64,000 nt of DNA from Candidatus Latescibacterota bacterium (lineage in GTDB: Bacteria > Latescibacterota > UBA2968): positions 4,384,001-4,448,000 of the forward strand of contig OZ242195.1 of assembly GCA_965205975.1 (NCBI GenBank), written 5' to 3'. This document shows positions 37,283-46,518 of this stretch, in pieces. The notes beneath the pieces are model-generated. The model was given only the letters and a program-made list of their open reading frames with translations. It had not been told where the DNA came from and did not search any database. Positions within the stretch are counted from its first letter, which is position 1. Every line of letters starts with the position of its first letter. The position numbers were made by a program, and so were the translations under genes.

Positions 37283-38116
37283 ATGTCTCAAACAGCGATT
37301 TGGTCCCCTGTCGAGGGTACGGTTGATGAGATTCTCGCGCAGGTTTCGCGGCCGTTCGATGCAATGATGGCGAGCGAGATTCCCGCTGTTATTGTGCGTC
37401 GCGCGTTTCCGTCGGATCACTGTGCAGCGCTTATTGAGCGGTTTTACGAGCGCGGTTTGCTCTACGATCCGCGCAAGGTGGGTGATGGCAGTCCACGCCG
37501 GGTCGATATCGGTACGAGTCTGGGTCACCACGGGAATGATCCAGATGCCTTTTACGAACATTCTCGCCAGACGCATGATCTTTTTTCGTATTTGTTTGAC
37601 GGGTATGAGGATCCCGTGAAGACGCTGTACGATGCGCTTGCCAGGATGCTTCCGGATAAGCGGGTTATGACGGCTCGGAGCGTTGACGGTCGTCTTTACG
37701 GTCCCTCTATTTTTAGAACTTATCACGAGGGCGTGGGGCATTACCCGCATTACGATTCCGTGTCCAAGCGTTCCAAACGCTACAATTTTACGGTTTCCCG
37801 GTTCAGACATCAGTTTGCGGGTGTGCTGTGTTTTCAGAATAGCGAGGATCGGGGTGATAGCGGCGAGGGGGTCCTGTACAGGGCGCCTATGTCGCCAGCG
37901 TTTCAACGTCCTCTCGAGGAGAGGCGGTTTCGCGAGTACGCAGAGGAGGAAGGGATTGCGCGCGTGCAGGTCAATCTGGAACCGGGGGATCTTTACTTTT
38001 TTTATTCCGAGACGATTCACGAAGTTCCTTTTGTCGCAGGCTCTCAGCCCCGCGTTGTGCTGGCGTCGTTTATCGGTATGTCTGAAGACGATCCAGAGGT
38101 TTATTTGTGGTCTTAG
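37283..38116 (+). CDS. putative Fe(II)/2-oxoglutarate dioxygenase
   Basis: HYD ... LEPGDLYFF..TIHEV ... R motif (HxD...H facial triad). Confidence 0.65.
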   Translation: MSQTAIWSPVEGTVDEILAQVSRPFDAMMASEIPAVIVRRAFPSDHCAALIERFYERGLLYDPRKVGDGSPRRVDIGTSLGHHGNDPDAFYEHSRQTHDLFSYLFDGYEDPVKTLYDALARMLPDKRVMTARSVDGRLYGPSIFRTYHEGVGHYPHYDSVSKRSKRYNFTVSRFRHQFAGVLCFQNSEDRGDSGEGVLYRAPMSPAFQRPLEERRFREYAEEEGIARVQVNLEPGDLYFFYSETIHEVPFVAGSQPRVVLASFIGMSEDDPEVYLWS

Positions 38117-38152
38117 AGGTCGTTTTTCTACTTTTAATTTTGGATTTTTCCT

Positions 38153-39154
38153 ATGAACCAACCTCCTGAATCATTCGTTCGCGTCTATGAAGATCGCCTT
38201 CTGGATTTTGCTGCGGCTTGTTTTGAGAAAGCTGGGCTTGAGACCGATCACGCGAGGGTTATCAGCCGCTTGCTGGTCAATAGCGACCTGCGAGGTGTTC
38301 GCAGCCACGGTACGCGAACGGTTAATGGCTATTGTAAGAGTTTTGAAAATGGGAGTCTCAATCCGCGTCCCAATGTGCGGGTTATCCACGAGACGCCGAC
38401 GTGTGCTGTTATTGATGGGGATGGTACGGTGGGGTATCTCCCGATGGTGCGCGCGGCAGAGCACGCGATTCGCAAAGCGAAAGAGCTGGGTATGGGTATG
38501 GGGCTGGCGCGACATGTGGGGCATATTGGTTCGGCGGGTCATTACGCGCGGATGTGTTCCGAGGCGGGGTGTATTGGTTTTTGCGTGCAGGGCAGGCAGC
38601 AGGGCAATGCAAAGAGGGATGGGAGAGGACCGCTTCTCGGCTATTTTGGCAATCCGCCAATATGTTTTGCGATTCCCTCTGGGGACGAGCCTCCGATTGT
38701 CCTCGATGCGGCGACCTGTATTTTGGCAGATTATCAGCGGGGTCCGGAGTTTGAGGCTTTGTTCGAGATGATTCCGGCGGCGTTTTTTAAGAGTATTGGG
38801 TACACGGCGGTGGCTTCGATTATGGGGGGTGGGTTGGCAGGTGCCAGTCTTCCGTCTTCTCACGAGATGAAGGAGAAATGGCCCTCGTCAGGTGCGGGTG
38901 GTTGTGTTCTTGCGATCCGCGTTGATCAGGCGGTTTCCGAAGAGGTTTTCCGGGCTGAGTCCGATCACATGGTGAGAACGGTGCGCGAGACGTACGAGCC
39001 GATGCCGGGACATGATCGCGCGCTGCTGCCGGGTGCGATTGAAGAAGAGCGCATGGCGTTTCACCGCGCCGAGGGTATTCGCTATGGCGAGATGGAACAG
39101 GAGAACGCACGTGAGGTTGGTGCGCGTCTGGGGGTGCCGCTTCCCTGGGGTTGA
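38153..39154 (+). CDS. Ldh_2 family oxidoreductase (malate/L-lactate/sulfolactate dehydrogenase-like)
   Basis: SDLRGVRSHG, IDGDG..G, GHIGSAGHYA, FGNPPICFAIP. Confidence 0.85.
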   Translation: MNQPPESFVRVYEDRLLDFAAACFEKAGLETDHARVISRLLVNSDLRGVRSHGTRTVNGYCKSFENGSLNPRPNVRVIHETPTCAVIDGDGTVGYLPMVRAAEHAIRKAKELGMGMGLARHVGHIGSAGHYARMCSEAGCIGFCVQGRQQGNAKRDGRGPLLGYFGNPPICFAIPSGDEPPIVLDAATCILADYQRGPEFEALFEMIPAAFFKSIGYTAVASIMGGGLAGASLPSSHEMKEKWPSSGAGGCVLAIRVDQAVSEEVFRAESDHMVRTVRETYEPMPGHDRALLPGAIEEERMAFHRAEGIRYGEMEQENAREVGARLGVPLPWG

Positions 39155-39175
39155 TGGGACAAAGGTCTAATAACT

Positions 39176-39209
39176 AAAGCCCTATAGCTTATTGCTCTGG
39201 GGCTTTTTT
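39176..39209 (+). terminator. intrinsic terminator
   Basis: AAAGCCC...GGGCTTT stem with T tract after the Ldh_2 gene. Confidence 0.6.
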
Positions 39210-39245
39210 AATCGGGCTTTCAAATGGAAAGCCAAATCATACACA

Positions 39246-39274
39246 TTGACATTGAGAGAATCGGAACTTATTTT
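39246..39274 (+). promoter_or_regulatory. sigma-70 promoter upstream of the uxuA-like gene
   Basis: TTGACA-N17-TATTTT. Confidence 0.5.
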
Positions 39275-39323
39275 GGCATTTAACGCACTATCGCAGTTCT
39301 AACTTCACAAATTGGAGGCTACC

Positions 39324-40307
39324 ATGTATATCGGAACACAGGTGGGATGTCGGAACGACACGGATATTGAGGTTCTCGCGCAACTCGGGGTTTTTAATGT
39401 CGATCAAACACCAGAGGGACCCTGGGCGGAGTGGAGTGCCGATGCGATTAAGTCCATGCGCGACCGGTTTGATAAATACGGTATTAATTTGGAGATGATT
39501 CACATTCCGCTGGGTTCAAGCAGTGCTTTTAAGAATGAGGCTGGGGCGATTTTCCTGGGGCCAAGCGACGAGCGCGACCGGGCTATTGAGCGGATGTGCG
39601 AGACGGTTAGAATGGCGGCGGAAGCGGGGTTGCGAGGGCTCAATTACAATATCACGATTTTGGGGCATATGCGGACAGAGCCGCGATACGGACGCGGGGG
39701 CGCGAGGCTGTCGTCGTTTGAGTACGATAAATTGGACCAGTCTTTGGGCGAGTTTGAAGGCGGCGCTGCGGATGAAGACGAGATGTGGGCGCGCATCGAT
39801 CACTGGTTGCAGAATATTATGCCCGTGGCGGAAGAGTACAAGATCCAGATGGCGTGTCATCCCTCGGATCCGGGTATCGGGTATGGGACGACGTATCGGG
39901 GGGTCGCGCGCGTGCTGGGTATGGTGGATGGGTTTAAGAAGTTTATCGATTTGTACGATAGTCCGTATAACGGATTGAATTTCTGCCTGGGCTGTATGTC
40001 CGAGAGCCTGGAAGATCCCAGTGCGGACGCGTATGATGTGATCCGTTATTTTGGAGAGCGCAAGAAGATTTTCAATGTGCATTTCCGCAATATCAAGGGT
40101 GGGCTTCGCAATTTTGTCGAGGTGTTTCCCGATGAGGGCGATGTGGATATGCTGAAGGCTTTGCGGACGTTTAAAGAAGTCGGGTACGAGTATATGATTA
40201 TGCCCGACCACGTTCCGGGTATTTCCGGTCCGGAAGCCAGGCAGGTCGGTTTTGCGTACACGTACGGGTACATCCACGCGCTGTTGCAAGCGGTTAATGA
40301 GGAATAA
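39324..40307 (+). CDS. uxuA: mannonate dehydratase (UxuA) family protein
   Basis: PVAEEYKIQMACHPSDP, NGLNFCLG, VHFRNIKG, DEGDVDM, MPDHVP. Confidence 0.8.
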   Translation: MYIGTQVGCRNDTDIEVLAQLGVFNVDQTPEGPWAEWSADAIKSMRDRFDKYGINLEMIHIPLGSSSAFKNEAGAIFLGPSDERDRAIERMCETVRMAAEAGLRGLNYNITILGHMRTEPRYGRGGARLSSFEYDKLDQSLGEFEGGAADEDEMWARIDHWLQNIMPVAEEYKIQMACHPSDPGIGYGTTYRGVARVLGMVDGFKKFIDLYDSPYNGLNFCLGCMSESLEDPSADAYDVIRYFGERKKIFNVHFRNIKGGLRNFVEVFPDEGDVDMLKALRTFKEVGYEYMIMPDHVPGISGPEARQVGFAYTYGYIHALLQAVNEE

Positions 40308-40309
40308 TT

Positions 40310-40335
40310 GTAGGGGACGGTCCTCGTGCCGTCCC
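40310..40335 (+). repeat. GTAG-type REP palindrome
   Basis: GTAGGGGACGGTCCTCGTGCCGTCCC, one mismatch to 14179-14204. Confidence 0.75.
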
Positions 40336-40368
40336 TAGCCATCTACTATCAATCCCAATCCAAAATCT

Positions 40369-42375
40369 ATGTCCGCATCTCCAGAACCGCGCCTTCCCAA
40401 ATCAGAAACCGCCGAAGGCTCTTCCGTTATTACCAAACGATCCCTCCTGATTGGGCTGGGTATGGCCATGCTTATGCCTCTGTGGCCGACCTATACCAGT
40501 TTTGTGGTGAATTCAACGCGGGCTGATCATTCGCATCTTTCGATGGCGATGCTCATTCCTTTTGTGGGGCTTCTGATTCTGAACGCCTTTCTCGAGCGGC
40601 GCGGTATCGGGTTTTCTCCAACGGAATTGCTCACGGTTTGCTGTATCGGTTTTGTCGCATCTACTATGCAGGGCGAGTGGCTCACGGTGTGGTTTTTGCA
40701 GATGCTGACGATGCCAGCGTATTACGCGTCGCCAGAGAATCGGTTCGACGAGTTGCTTTTGCCGTACATGCCGAGTTGGACGACGATTACCAATCGCGAT
40801 GCGGTGCGCGGGTTTTACGAGGGGCAAGTGCCCGGTGCAGCGTTTCCGTGGGGCGAGTGGTTTTCGGTGCTTTTCTGGTGGGGTGCGCTGATTGCGAGTA
40901 TTTTGGCGATTCATCTGTGTCTGAGTGTTTTGCTGCGGAAGCAGTGGATGGAATACGAGCGGCTGTCTTTTCCGGTCGCCACTGCGCTGCTGGAACTCAC
41001 GGGTGTTTCGGGTACGACGGGTACGCTGAGGACGCTTGTGCGAAATCGCCTGTTTCAATGGGGATTTGGACTTACGTTTGCCATTATTGCGTGGAATGTG
41101 TTTACGTGGTTTACGGTCAATTTGCCGATGTTTCCGTTTTTGGCGGGGCGATATGGGCGGAATGTGATTTCGGTTGCGCCGGGCTTTCCGAGTATTGTGA
41201 CTACGTTTGTGTTGCTCACGTTTTGTCTGGGGTATTTTACCAAGCTGGAGGTGCTTTTCAGCCTGTGGTTTTTCCATGTGGTTCAGATCTGTGTGGTGGG
41301 TCTGTTCAACCGCTTTGGCCTGGATTTGGGCCCGAATGATCCGTGGAGTTCGAGCCATCCGGCGATTGGCTGGATGACATTTGGGGGGATGGCCGTTTTT
41401 GTCGGCTGGGGGTTCTGGATTGCGCGGTCTCACTTTCGAGATGTTTTTCGCAAGGCGTTTTTGCGCGACGAGCGTGTGGATGATTCCGAAGAGATTATGT
41501 CTTATCGCACGGCTGTCTGGCTTTTGCTGACGTGTTGCGGTTTTGTTTTTCTGTGGCTCTGGCGCGCGGGGATGGGGCCGGAGACGATTCTCGCATGGTC
41601 ATTTGCGATGCTCGTTTTGTTTGTGGGGATGTCCCGCATTGTGGTGGAGAGCGGTCTGGTCTATCTTCGGGTGCCTCTCACGGCGCCGGGGTTTACGTGG
41701 CATGCCGTCGGCGTTGGGAATATGGGGCCTGCTGGCGCTTCTATTTTGACGCTTACGATGAGTCTTGTGGCCGATGGGAAGACGTTTGCGACGACGCAGA
41801 TGGCGCATGTTCCGCGGTTGAGTATGGCGATGGCAAAGCGCAGCCGAAAAGCCGTGGCGCCGACTGTGCTCTTCGGTTGTTTGCTCGGCGCGGCGGTGGT
41901 TATCATATTCGTTATATATCAGGGGTATTACGGTATTGGCAGTGCCAATTTTGGGCGGACGACTTTTAAGGGTATTGGATCTCTCAATGGGGCGGGTTTT
42001 AGCCGGCTGGCTGTGTCTCGAATTCAGGGCGATGTGCTGTTTACGGATTGGAATCGCGTGTTGTTTATGGGTATCGGTGGCATTTTTACGGGTACGCTCT
42101 ACTTTTTGCGGTATCGCTTCCCGGGCTTTCCGATCCATCCCATTGGTTTTACAATCTGTGGCATGGTCGAGATGCAGGATAATTCTTTTAGTATTTTCCT
42201 GATGTGGGGTGTGAAGACGATTATTATGAAGTTGGGTGGTTTGGAACGCTATCGGCACTACGCACCCTTTTTCCTGGGTATGATTATGGGCTATATCGCG
42301 GGTGTTTTTTTGGGTGTTTTTGTCGATGTTTTCTGGTTTCCCGGAGAGGGGCACGAGATTCATTGCGATCCCTGA
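40369..42375 (+). CDS. polytopic membrane protein (DUF6785/DUF6784-like putative transporter)
   Basis: Many TM segments; YYASPEN, RKQWMEYERLSFP, PIHPIGF, PFFLGMIMG motifs. Confidence 0.7.
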   Translation: MSASPEPRLPKSETAEGSSVITKRSLLIGLGMAMLMPLWPTYTSFVVNSTRADHSHLSMAMLIPFVGLLILNAFLERRGIGFSPTELLTVCCIGFVASTMQGEWLTVWFLQMLTMPAYYASPENRFDELLLPYMPSWTTITNRDAVRGFYEGQVPGAAFPWGEWFSVLFWWGALIASILAIHLCLSVLLRKQWMEYERLSFPVATALLELTGVSGTTGTLRTLVRNRLFQWGFGLTFAIIAWNVFTWFTVNLPMFPFLAGRYGRNVISVAPGFPSIVTTFVLLTFCLGYFTKLEVLFSLWFFHVVQICVVGLFNRFGLDLGPNDPWSSSHPAIGWMTFGGMAVFVGWGFWIARSHFRDVFRKAFLRDERVDDSEEIMSYRTAVWLLLTCCGFVFLWLWRAGMGPETILAWSFAMLVLFVGMSRIVVESGLVYLRVPLTAPGFTWHAVGVGNMGPAGASILTLTMSLVADGKTFATTQMAHVPRLSMAMAKRSRKAVAPTVLFGCLLGAAVVIIFVIYQGYYGIGSANFGRTTFKGIGSLNGAGFSRLAVSRIQGDVLFTDWNRVLFMGIGGIFTGTLYFLRYRFPGFPIHPIGFTICGMVEMQDNSFSIFLMWGVKTIIMKLGGLERYRHYAPFFLGMIMGYIAGVFLGVFVDVFWFPGEGHEIHCDP

Positions 42376-42440
42376 TCGATCGCGGATTAGGCAGATGACG
42401 CGGATGGCGCGGATGAAGGCGGATATGGAGGAGGGATGGC

Positions 42441-42512
42441 ATGAAGATTACAGATGTCAAGACCTATACTGCCGGGCAGGATGGCAGAAATTTTTTGTTT
42501 TGCAGGGTTTTT
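42441..42512 (+). pseudogene. N-terminal remnant of an enolase-superfamily gene
   Basis: GGAGGA RBS then MKITDVKTYTAGQDGRNFLFCRVF, similar to the N-terminus of 1338..2462; it runs into the end of the convergent gene. Confidence 0.6.
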
Positions 42513-42526
42513 AAGATATGTTCCTT

Positions 42527-43696
42527 TCAAATCTCGATCACGGTCTGCGCCTCGATTCGGTCCCAGTCGATTTTTCGCCCGAGTCCGGGCGTTTGCGGTA
42601 CGTACATGTAGCCGTCTCGTACTTCGGTTGTTTCTTCGATTAAGCCAGAAAAGGCCGAGGAGATGGATCTGTCTGCGCCCGTGGGTGGCCAGGCTGAGAC
42701 TTCCCACCAGTCGTCGTTTCGAATTGCGGCTACGACGTGGGGATTTCCCCCGTGGCAGTTTAGCCCAAACATTTCCGCGAGGTTGGCCAATTTCATCTGT
42801 CCGGTGATTCCCAGTCCTGTTTGGCGCACGATGTCGATGGCGCCGATTGACAGGTACGGTGCGGCGAGATAGGGGTTGCCCTGGATGGATTCCAGTGCCA
42901 TTACTGGAAGGTCGATTGCGTCTGAGAGTCGCTTCAGGCCGTTGATGTCGAATTCCTGCAGGGGTTCTTCGATCCAGAGATAATTCAGTTTTTCGAGTCC
43001 ACGTCCGACTGTGATCGCATCTTCTACGGAGTATTGTTGTACGGGATCGTGCATGAGCACCATGTCGTCGCCGACGAGGTCCCGGATGTCTTTGGCGAGC
43101 GCGAGGTTGGTTTCCACGCCGAGCATGGAGTGGTCTTTGAAGCCTTTGTATCCTTCGTCAATAGCCCGTTGGGCGGATTTCAGGGTGTCTTCGTATGGTA
43201 TGCCGGTTTCGGTGAGGTAGGCTGGGACGCGATTGCGAAATCCGCCGAGCAATTTGTGGATGGGTAATTGTGCGTGCAGGCCCGCCAGGTCCCAGAGAAG
43301 GGCGTCGATGAGGGCGAGCGGGGCGGTGGATGCCATGTGGAAATACCGCCGCGCCATCCACATTTTGTGCCACATGTACTCCCGGTCCAGGGCGTCCGTA
43401 CCTGTGATTTCCGGTTCCCACTGTACTTTGAATGTGCGGGCTGCCCATTCGAGGTCTTCCTGCGCCCAGCCTGTGGAAAAAATACCGCAGGTTTCCAGGT
43501 TTGCATCTGTGCGGATGCGAAGCAGGGTGAGGTACGCCGGTCTTTTTTTGAGCTGAATCCCCTCGCCTTGAAAGAGCCGATGACCAAATCGCACTTTGTG
43601 CGCGCCGGGATATTCCCGCATGGTGCGCAATGGTCGCCATTCCGGGGTTACGGGTTCGCTTTTGAGGATCAGAAAGTCAATGGCTTCAATTTTCAT
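42527..43696 (-). CDS. mandelate racemase/muconate lactonizing enzyme family protein
   Basis: IDALLWDLAG, PIHKLLGGFR, GYKGFKDH, WIEEPL, PQTPGLG. Confidence 0.88.
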   Translation of the reverse strand: MKIEAIDFLILKSEPVTPEWRPLRTMREYPGAHKVRFGHRLFQGEGIQLKKRPAYLTLLRIRTDANLETCGIFSTGWAQEDLEWAARTFKVQWEPEITGTDALDREYMWHKMWMARRYFHMASTAPLALIDALLWDLAGLHAQLPIHKLLGGFRNRVPAYLTETGIPYEDTLKSAQRAIDEGYKGFKDHSMLGVETNLALAKDIRDLVGDDMVLMHDPVQQYSVEDAITVGRGLEKLNYLWIEEPLQEFDINGLKRLSDAIDLPVMALESIQGNPYLAAPYLSIGAIDIVRQTGLGITGQMKLANLAEMFGLNCHGGNPHVVAAIRNDDWWEVSAWPPTGADRSISSAFSGLIEETTEVRDGYMYVPQTPGLGRKIDWDRIEAQTVIEI

Positions 43697-43712
43697 GGCG
43701 TTATCCTCCTAT

Positions 43713-44453
43713 TTACTTTCCAACTGAGCCGAAATATACGGCAAAATGTTCGACGCCGTCGAGTTTGAGTGCCCGATTTAATTCGTCGTCGTTGAATGCC
43801 GCACTGGTGCATGCGCGGCAGTTTACCGCCATGGCGCCCAGATACAGGTTTTGTCCCACATGTCCGGCATCGAGGTGGATGTAGCGATATCCCCGATCAC
43901 CGTAGCGCCAGGTCATTCGCGCGGCTACTGTTGTCCAGATGAATGTGGTGGCACTTGTCTGGATCAGTTCTGGTTGCAAGGTGGTGTTGGCAATTCTGTC
44001 GCCAATTTCCTTTGATTGGTCGATTATTCCCAGTTTGTGTCCCATGGCCAGGTACCGATATAACCCGCGGTCCAGGCCTTCCACATTATTCACTACGATA
44101 TAGGTTTCAAATGCGTGGCGCGCACCCGCCGATGGTACGGTGCGAAATGTTTCGCCTTGCTCAAATTCTTTTACGCCCTGCGTTGCCCAGAGTAAGTAGG
44201 TCAGCTCATTCAGTGTGATGGGTTCATCGAAGAATACGCGTTCGCTCTTGCGCTCATCTATGGCTCGACGCAGGTCGATTTGCGTTGTTTCGATCTGCGC
44301 GGGTTCGGGCAGGTCTATTGTTTCGCCCTGGTAATGCAATTCGGGCATGGGCGGTGGTTCTCTGCGCGCCTGCCCGGTTGGGCCCAAATTTTTGAACTGC
44401 GTGCGCCGCATGAATTCCGGTCCCGCTTGTGGACGGCGTTTGCGTTTTGCCAT
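43713..44453 (-). CDS. SagB/ThcOx-type nitroreductase family protein
   Basis: RKSER.F, LLWATQG, RTVPSAGARH, YGDRGYRYIHLDAGHVGQNLYL. Confidence 0.88.
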   Translation of the reverse strand: MAKRKRRPQAGPEFMRRTQFKNLGPTGQARREPPPMPELHYQGETIDLPEPAQIETTQIDLRRAIDERKSERVFFDEPITLNELTYLLWATQGVKEFEQGETFRTVPSAGARHAFETYIVVNNVEGLDRGLYRYLAMGHKLGIIDQSKEIGDRIANTTLQPELIQTSATTFIWTTVAARMTWRYGDRGYRYIHLDAGHVGQNLYLGAMAVNCRACTSAAFNDDELNRALKLDGVEHFAVYFGSVGK

Positions 44454-46043
44454 TTAATTTTCCTTCCCGTTTGCGCCTATGGCTTTTAGGGCTTCTGTGC
44501 CCAGGCGATCTTCCAGTTGTTTTAAGTACAGACTGCGCGGAACTACTTTTTGCCCATGGGAATCCCAATATCCATCCTCGCGTTCGTGCCAGCCGTCTCG
44601 TTTTTCGCCGATGCAGCCGATGGCGTAATTTTGCGATGTTGGGGGTTTTTGTAAGATAAAACTCTCTGCTTCGCAATTCCACAATACTTTTTGCGCGCCT
44701 GCCCAGCCGTGACCGGTGCCCGAACTTTGCCGATCCTGTACGTTGATGGCGTTGCCGTTTACGATTACGTTGTCAAATAGGGTGCAAACAGACCAGCGGT
44801 GATGGGGTCCGGTGTCGGAATGCGCGATGTCCGCTACGCAATCTACAAACGCGTTTGGTCCCGGTACGCGGGCGTGTAGCACATAATCGTGGCGGCCGCG
44901 TCGGGTATAACACCGTTGTACGAGGGATAGTTGTCCGTGGATGGGGAAGGAGTAGCGCCGCGATCCGGTGATTTTTGATACGGGGTCGAGACACTGGCTA
45001 TCCTGTACGGTCATCCATTTTGCCTGGTTGCCAATGGTCACACATGCATATCCAAAGTGGATCGAGGTGATGTCGCGCGCCCAGGCGTTTTGTACCTGGG
45101 AAAATACGACGAAATTCCAGGCGTGGTCTTCGTCGATATATTCATTAGCTCGCCGATGATCTTTTTCGCTGTTGTCAAATTCCGATACGCCGCGGAGGTT
45201 CTCAATGCCGACCTGTTCAATGCGCCCGGGATATTCGTATTTGTAAATCGCGCCGCCGCCGTATTCGCGTTCAATTGCATTGCCCATTGGCGCGTCGATT
45301 GTGATTTGATTGCCATTTATGGCGGTTATGGTGCGGTCAAAGTGAAAGTCGTAGGAGCCGGGTTTCCATTGCCGAACGTCGGGGTGTCTCATTTCGATGC
45401 GGTCCATACCTATGGTCGCGATCCACTTTGCGGTGCTGGGGCGATGTACGATGATGTTATCGCCGACTGCAAAATTCGAAGCATCTTCTATAGAAAATAT
45501 TTTTGCGCCTACGGGGACATAATTATCTGCGATTTTCTGTCGCGTGTTTTCTATTTCCCGCGGTCTGCGTCCCTGGCCTTTAAATTCAATTAAGGTGCGC
45601 TGTCCTTTCCCCGTTGCGATCAATACTGTGCCGTTTTCATCTGCGCCCTCACCGCGGAGTACGACGCCACTTGTCCGGATCTGCAGGGTTCCGCCAATCC
45701 GATATTTTCCGCGCTCGATTAATAAGGTTCCACGAAATCCATTGGCGTCTGGTGTTCGTGCAGATACGTCGTCAATTGCCGCTTGTAATCGCGCTGTGTC
45801 GTCTCCTTCGGCCTGGGGTTGAACGGTTAATACGACTGGTACATCTGGTAGTGCTACACCACCACCCATGTACCCGCAGTGTGAGAAGTCCGGGATTATA
45901 TTGCCTTTTTCGTCCGGTACATAGACCAGCTGGCCGTCAGGTCCTGGATATACCAGTTTGCTGTAGTTTCCTTCTGCCCACGCGGTTGTGGCGCATGTGA
46001 AAAATACGCACAGTACGGCGATAAAGCTCAGTAGATCAATCAT
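44454..46043 (-). CDS. secreted parallel beta-helix (pectin-lyase-fold) protein
   Basis: Signal peptide; PDFSHCGYMGG, DDTARLQAAID, SGVVLRGEG, GHGWAGA. Confidence 0.7.
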   Translation of the reverse strand: MIDLLSFIAVLCVFFTCATTAWAEGNYSKLVYPGPDGQLVYVPDEKGNIIPDFSHCGYMGGGVALPDVPVVLTVQPQAEGDDTARLQAAIDDVSARTPDANGFRGTLLIERGKYRIGGTLQIRTSGVVLRGEGADENGTVLIATGKGQRTLIEFKGQGRRPREIENTRQKIADNYVPVGAKIFSIEDASNFAVGDNIIVHRPSTAKWIATIGMDRIEMRHPDVRQWKPGSYDFHFDRTITAINGNQITIDAPMGNAIEREYGGGAIYKYEYPGRIEQVGIENLRGVSEFDNSEKDHRRANEYIDEDHAWNFVVFSQVQNAWARDITSIHFGYACVTIGNQAKWMTVQDSQCLDPVSKITGSRRYSFPIHGQLSLVQRCYTRRGRHDYVLHARVPGPNAFVDCVADIAHSDTGPHHRWSVCTLFDNVIVNGNAINVQDRQSSGTGHGWAGAQKVLWNCEAESFILQKPPTSQNYAIGCIGEKRDGWHEREDGYWDSHGQKVVPRSLYLKQLEDRLGTEALKAIGANGKEN

Positions 46044-46055
46044 AGGATCTCCTTT

Positions 46056-46511
46056 TTATGCGATGTCTTCGTATCGCGGCAGTGTGTCTATGAAGCGATA
46101 GGAGTTGTTTTTTCGATCAATTACACAGCAATAATGCTGCAGTCCATTTGTCACAATGAGGTAGGTGGCCTGTACGACTGTATTGTATCGCCCGATTTGG
46201 TCAAAGACCTGTTGGGTGATTTTTACTTCGGGGGCTTTGCATTCCGCCATTAAAAGTGCTTTTCCTTTTATGTCATATACGAGTACATCGGCGCGACACT
46301 GCATGCCCTGAAATACAAATCCGGTTTCGATTGCGGTGCGTCCCTGCGGGTAGCCCAGTCCTCCGATTAAGTATCGCACAAAATTCTGTCGCACCCATTC
46401 TTCAGGGGTTAATACCACGTATTTTTGACGGAGGGGGTCTAAGATCATTTCGCTTCCGTCGCGATTTGCGATGTCAAATGTGGATGAGGTTGGAAAATTT
46501 AGTTTTTGCAT
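46056..46511 (-). CDS. type I restriction enzyme HsdR N-terminal domain protein (stand-alone)
   Basis: LTPEEWVRQ, RADVLVY, ECKAP.V.I, TNGL.H. Confidence 0.85.
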   Translation of the reverse strand: MQKLNFPTSSTFDIANRDGSEMILDPLRQKYVVLTPEEWVRQNFVRYLIGGLGYPQGRTAIETGFVFQGMQCRADVLVYDIKGKALLMAECKAPEVKITQQVFDQIGRYNTVVQATYLIVTNGLQHYCCVIDRKNNSYRFIDTLPRYEDIA

Positions 46512-46518
46512 GGTGTGG

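Noticed and set aside
43713..44453. Azole-containing RiPP cluster suggested by the SagB-like gene
   Set aside because: No YcaO, E1-like protein or precursor peptide nearby; stand-alone SagB-type nitroreductases are common.
46056..46511. Type I restriction-modification system
   Set aside because: Only a stand-alone HsdR N-terminal domain; no hsdM, hsdS or helicase.
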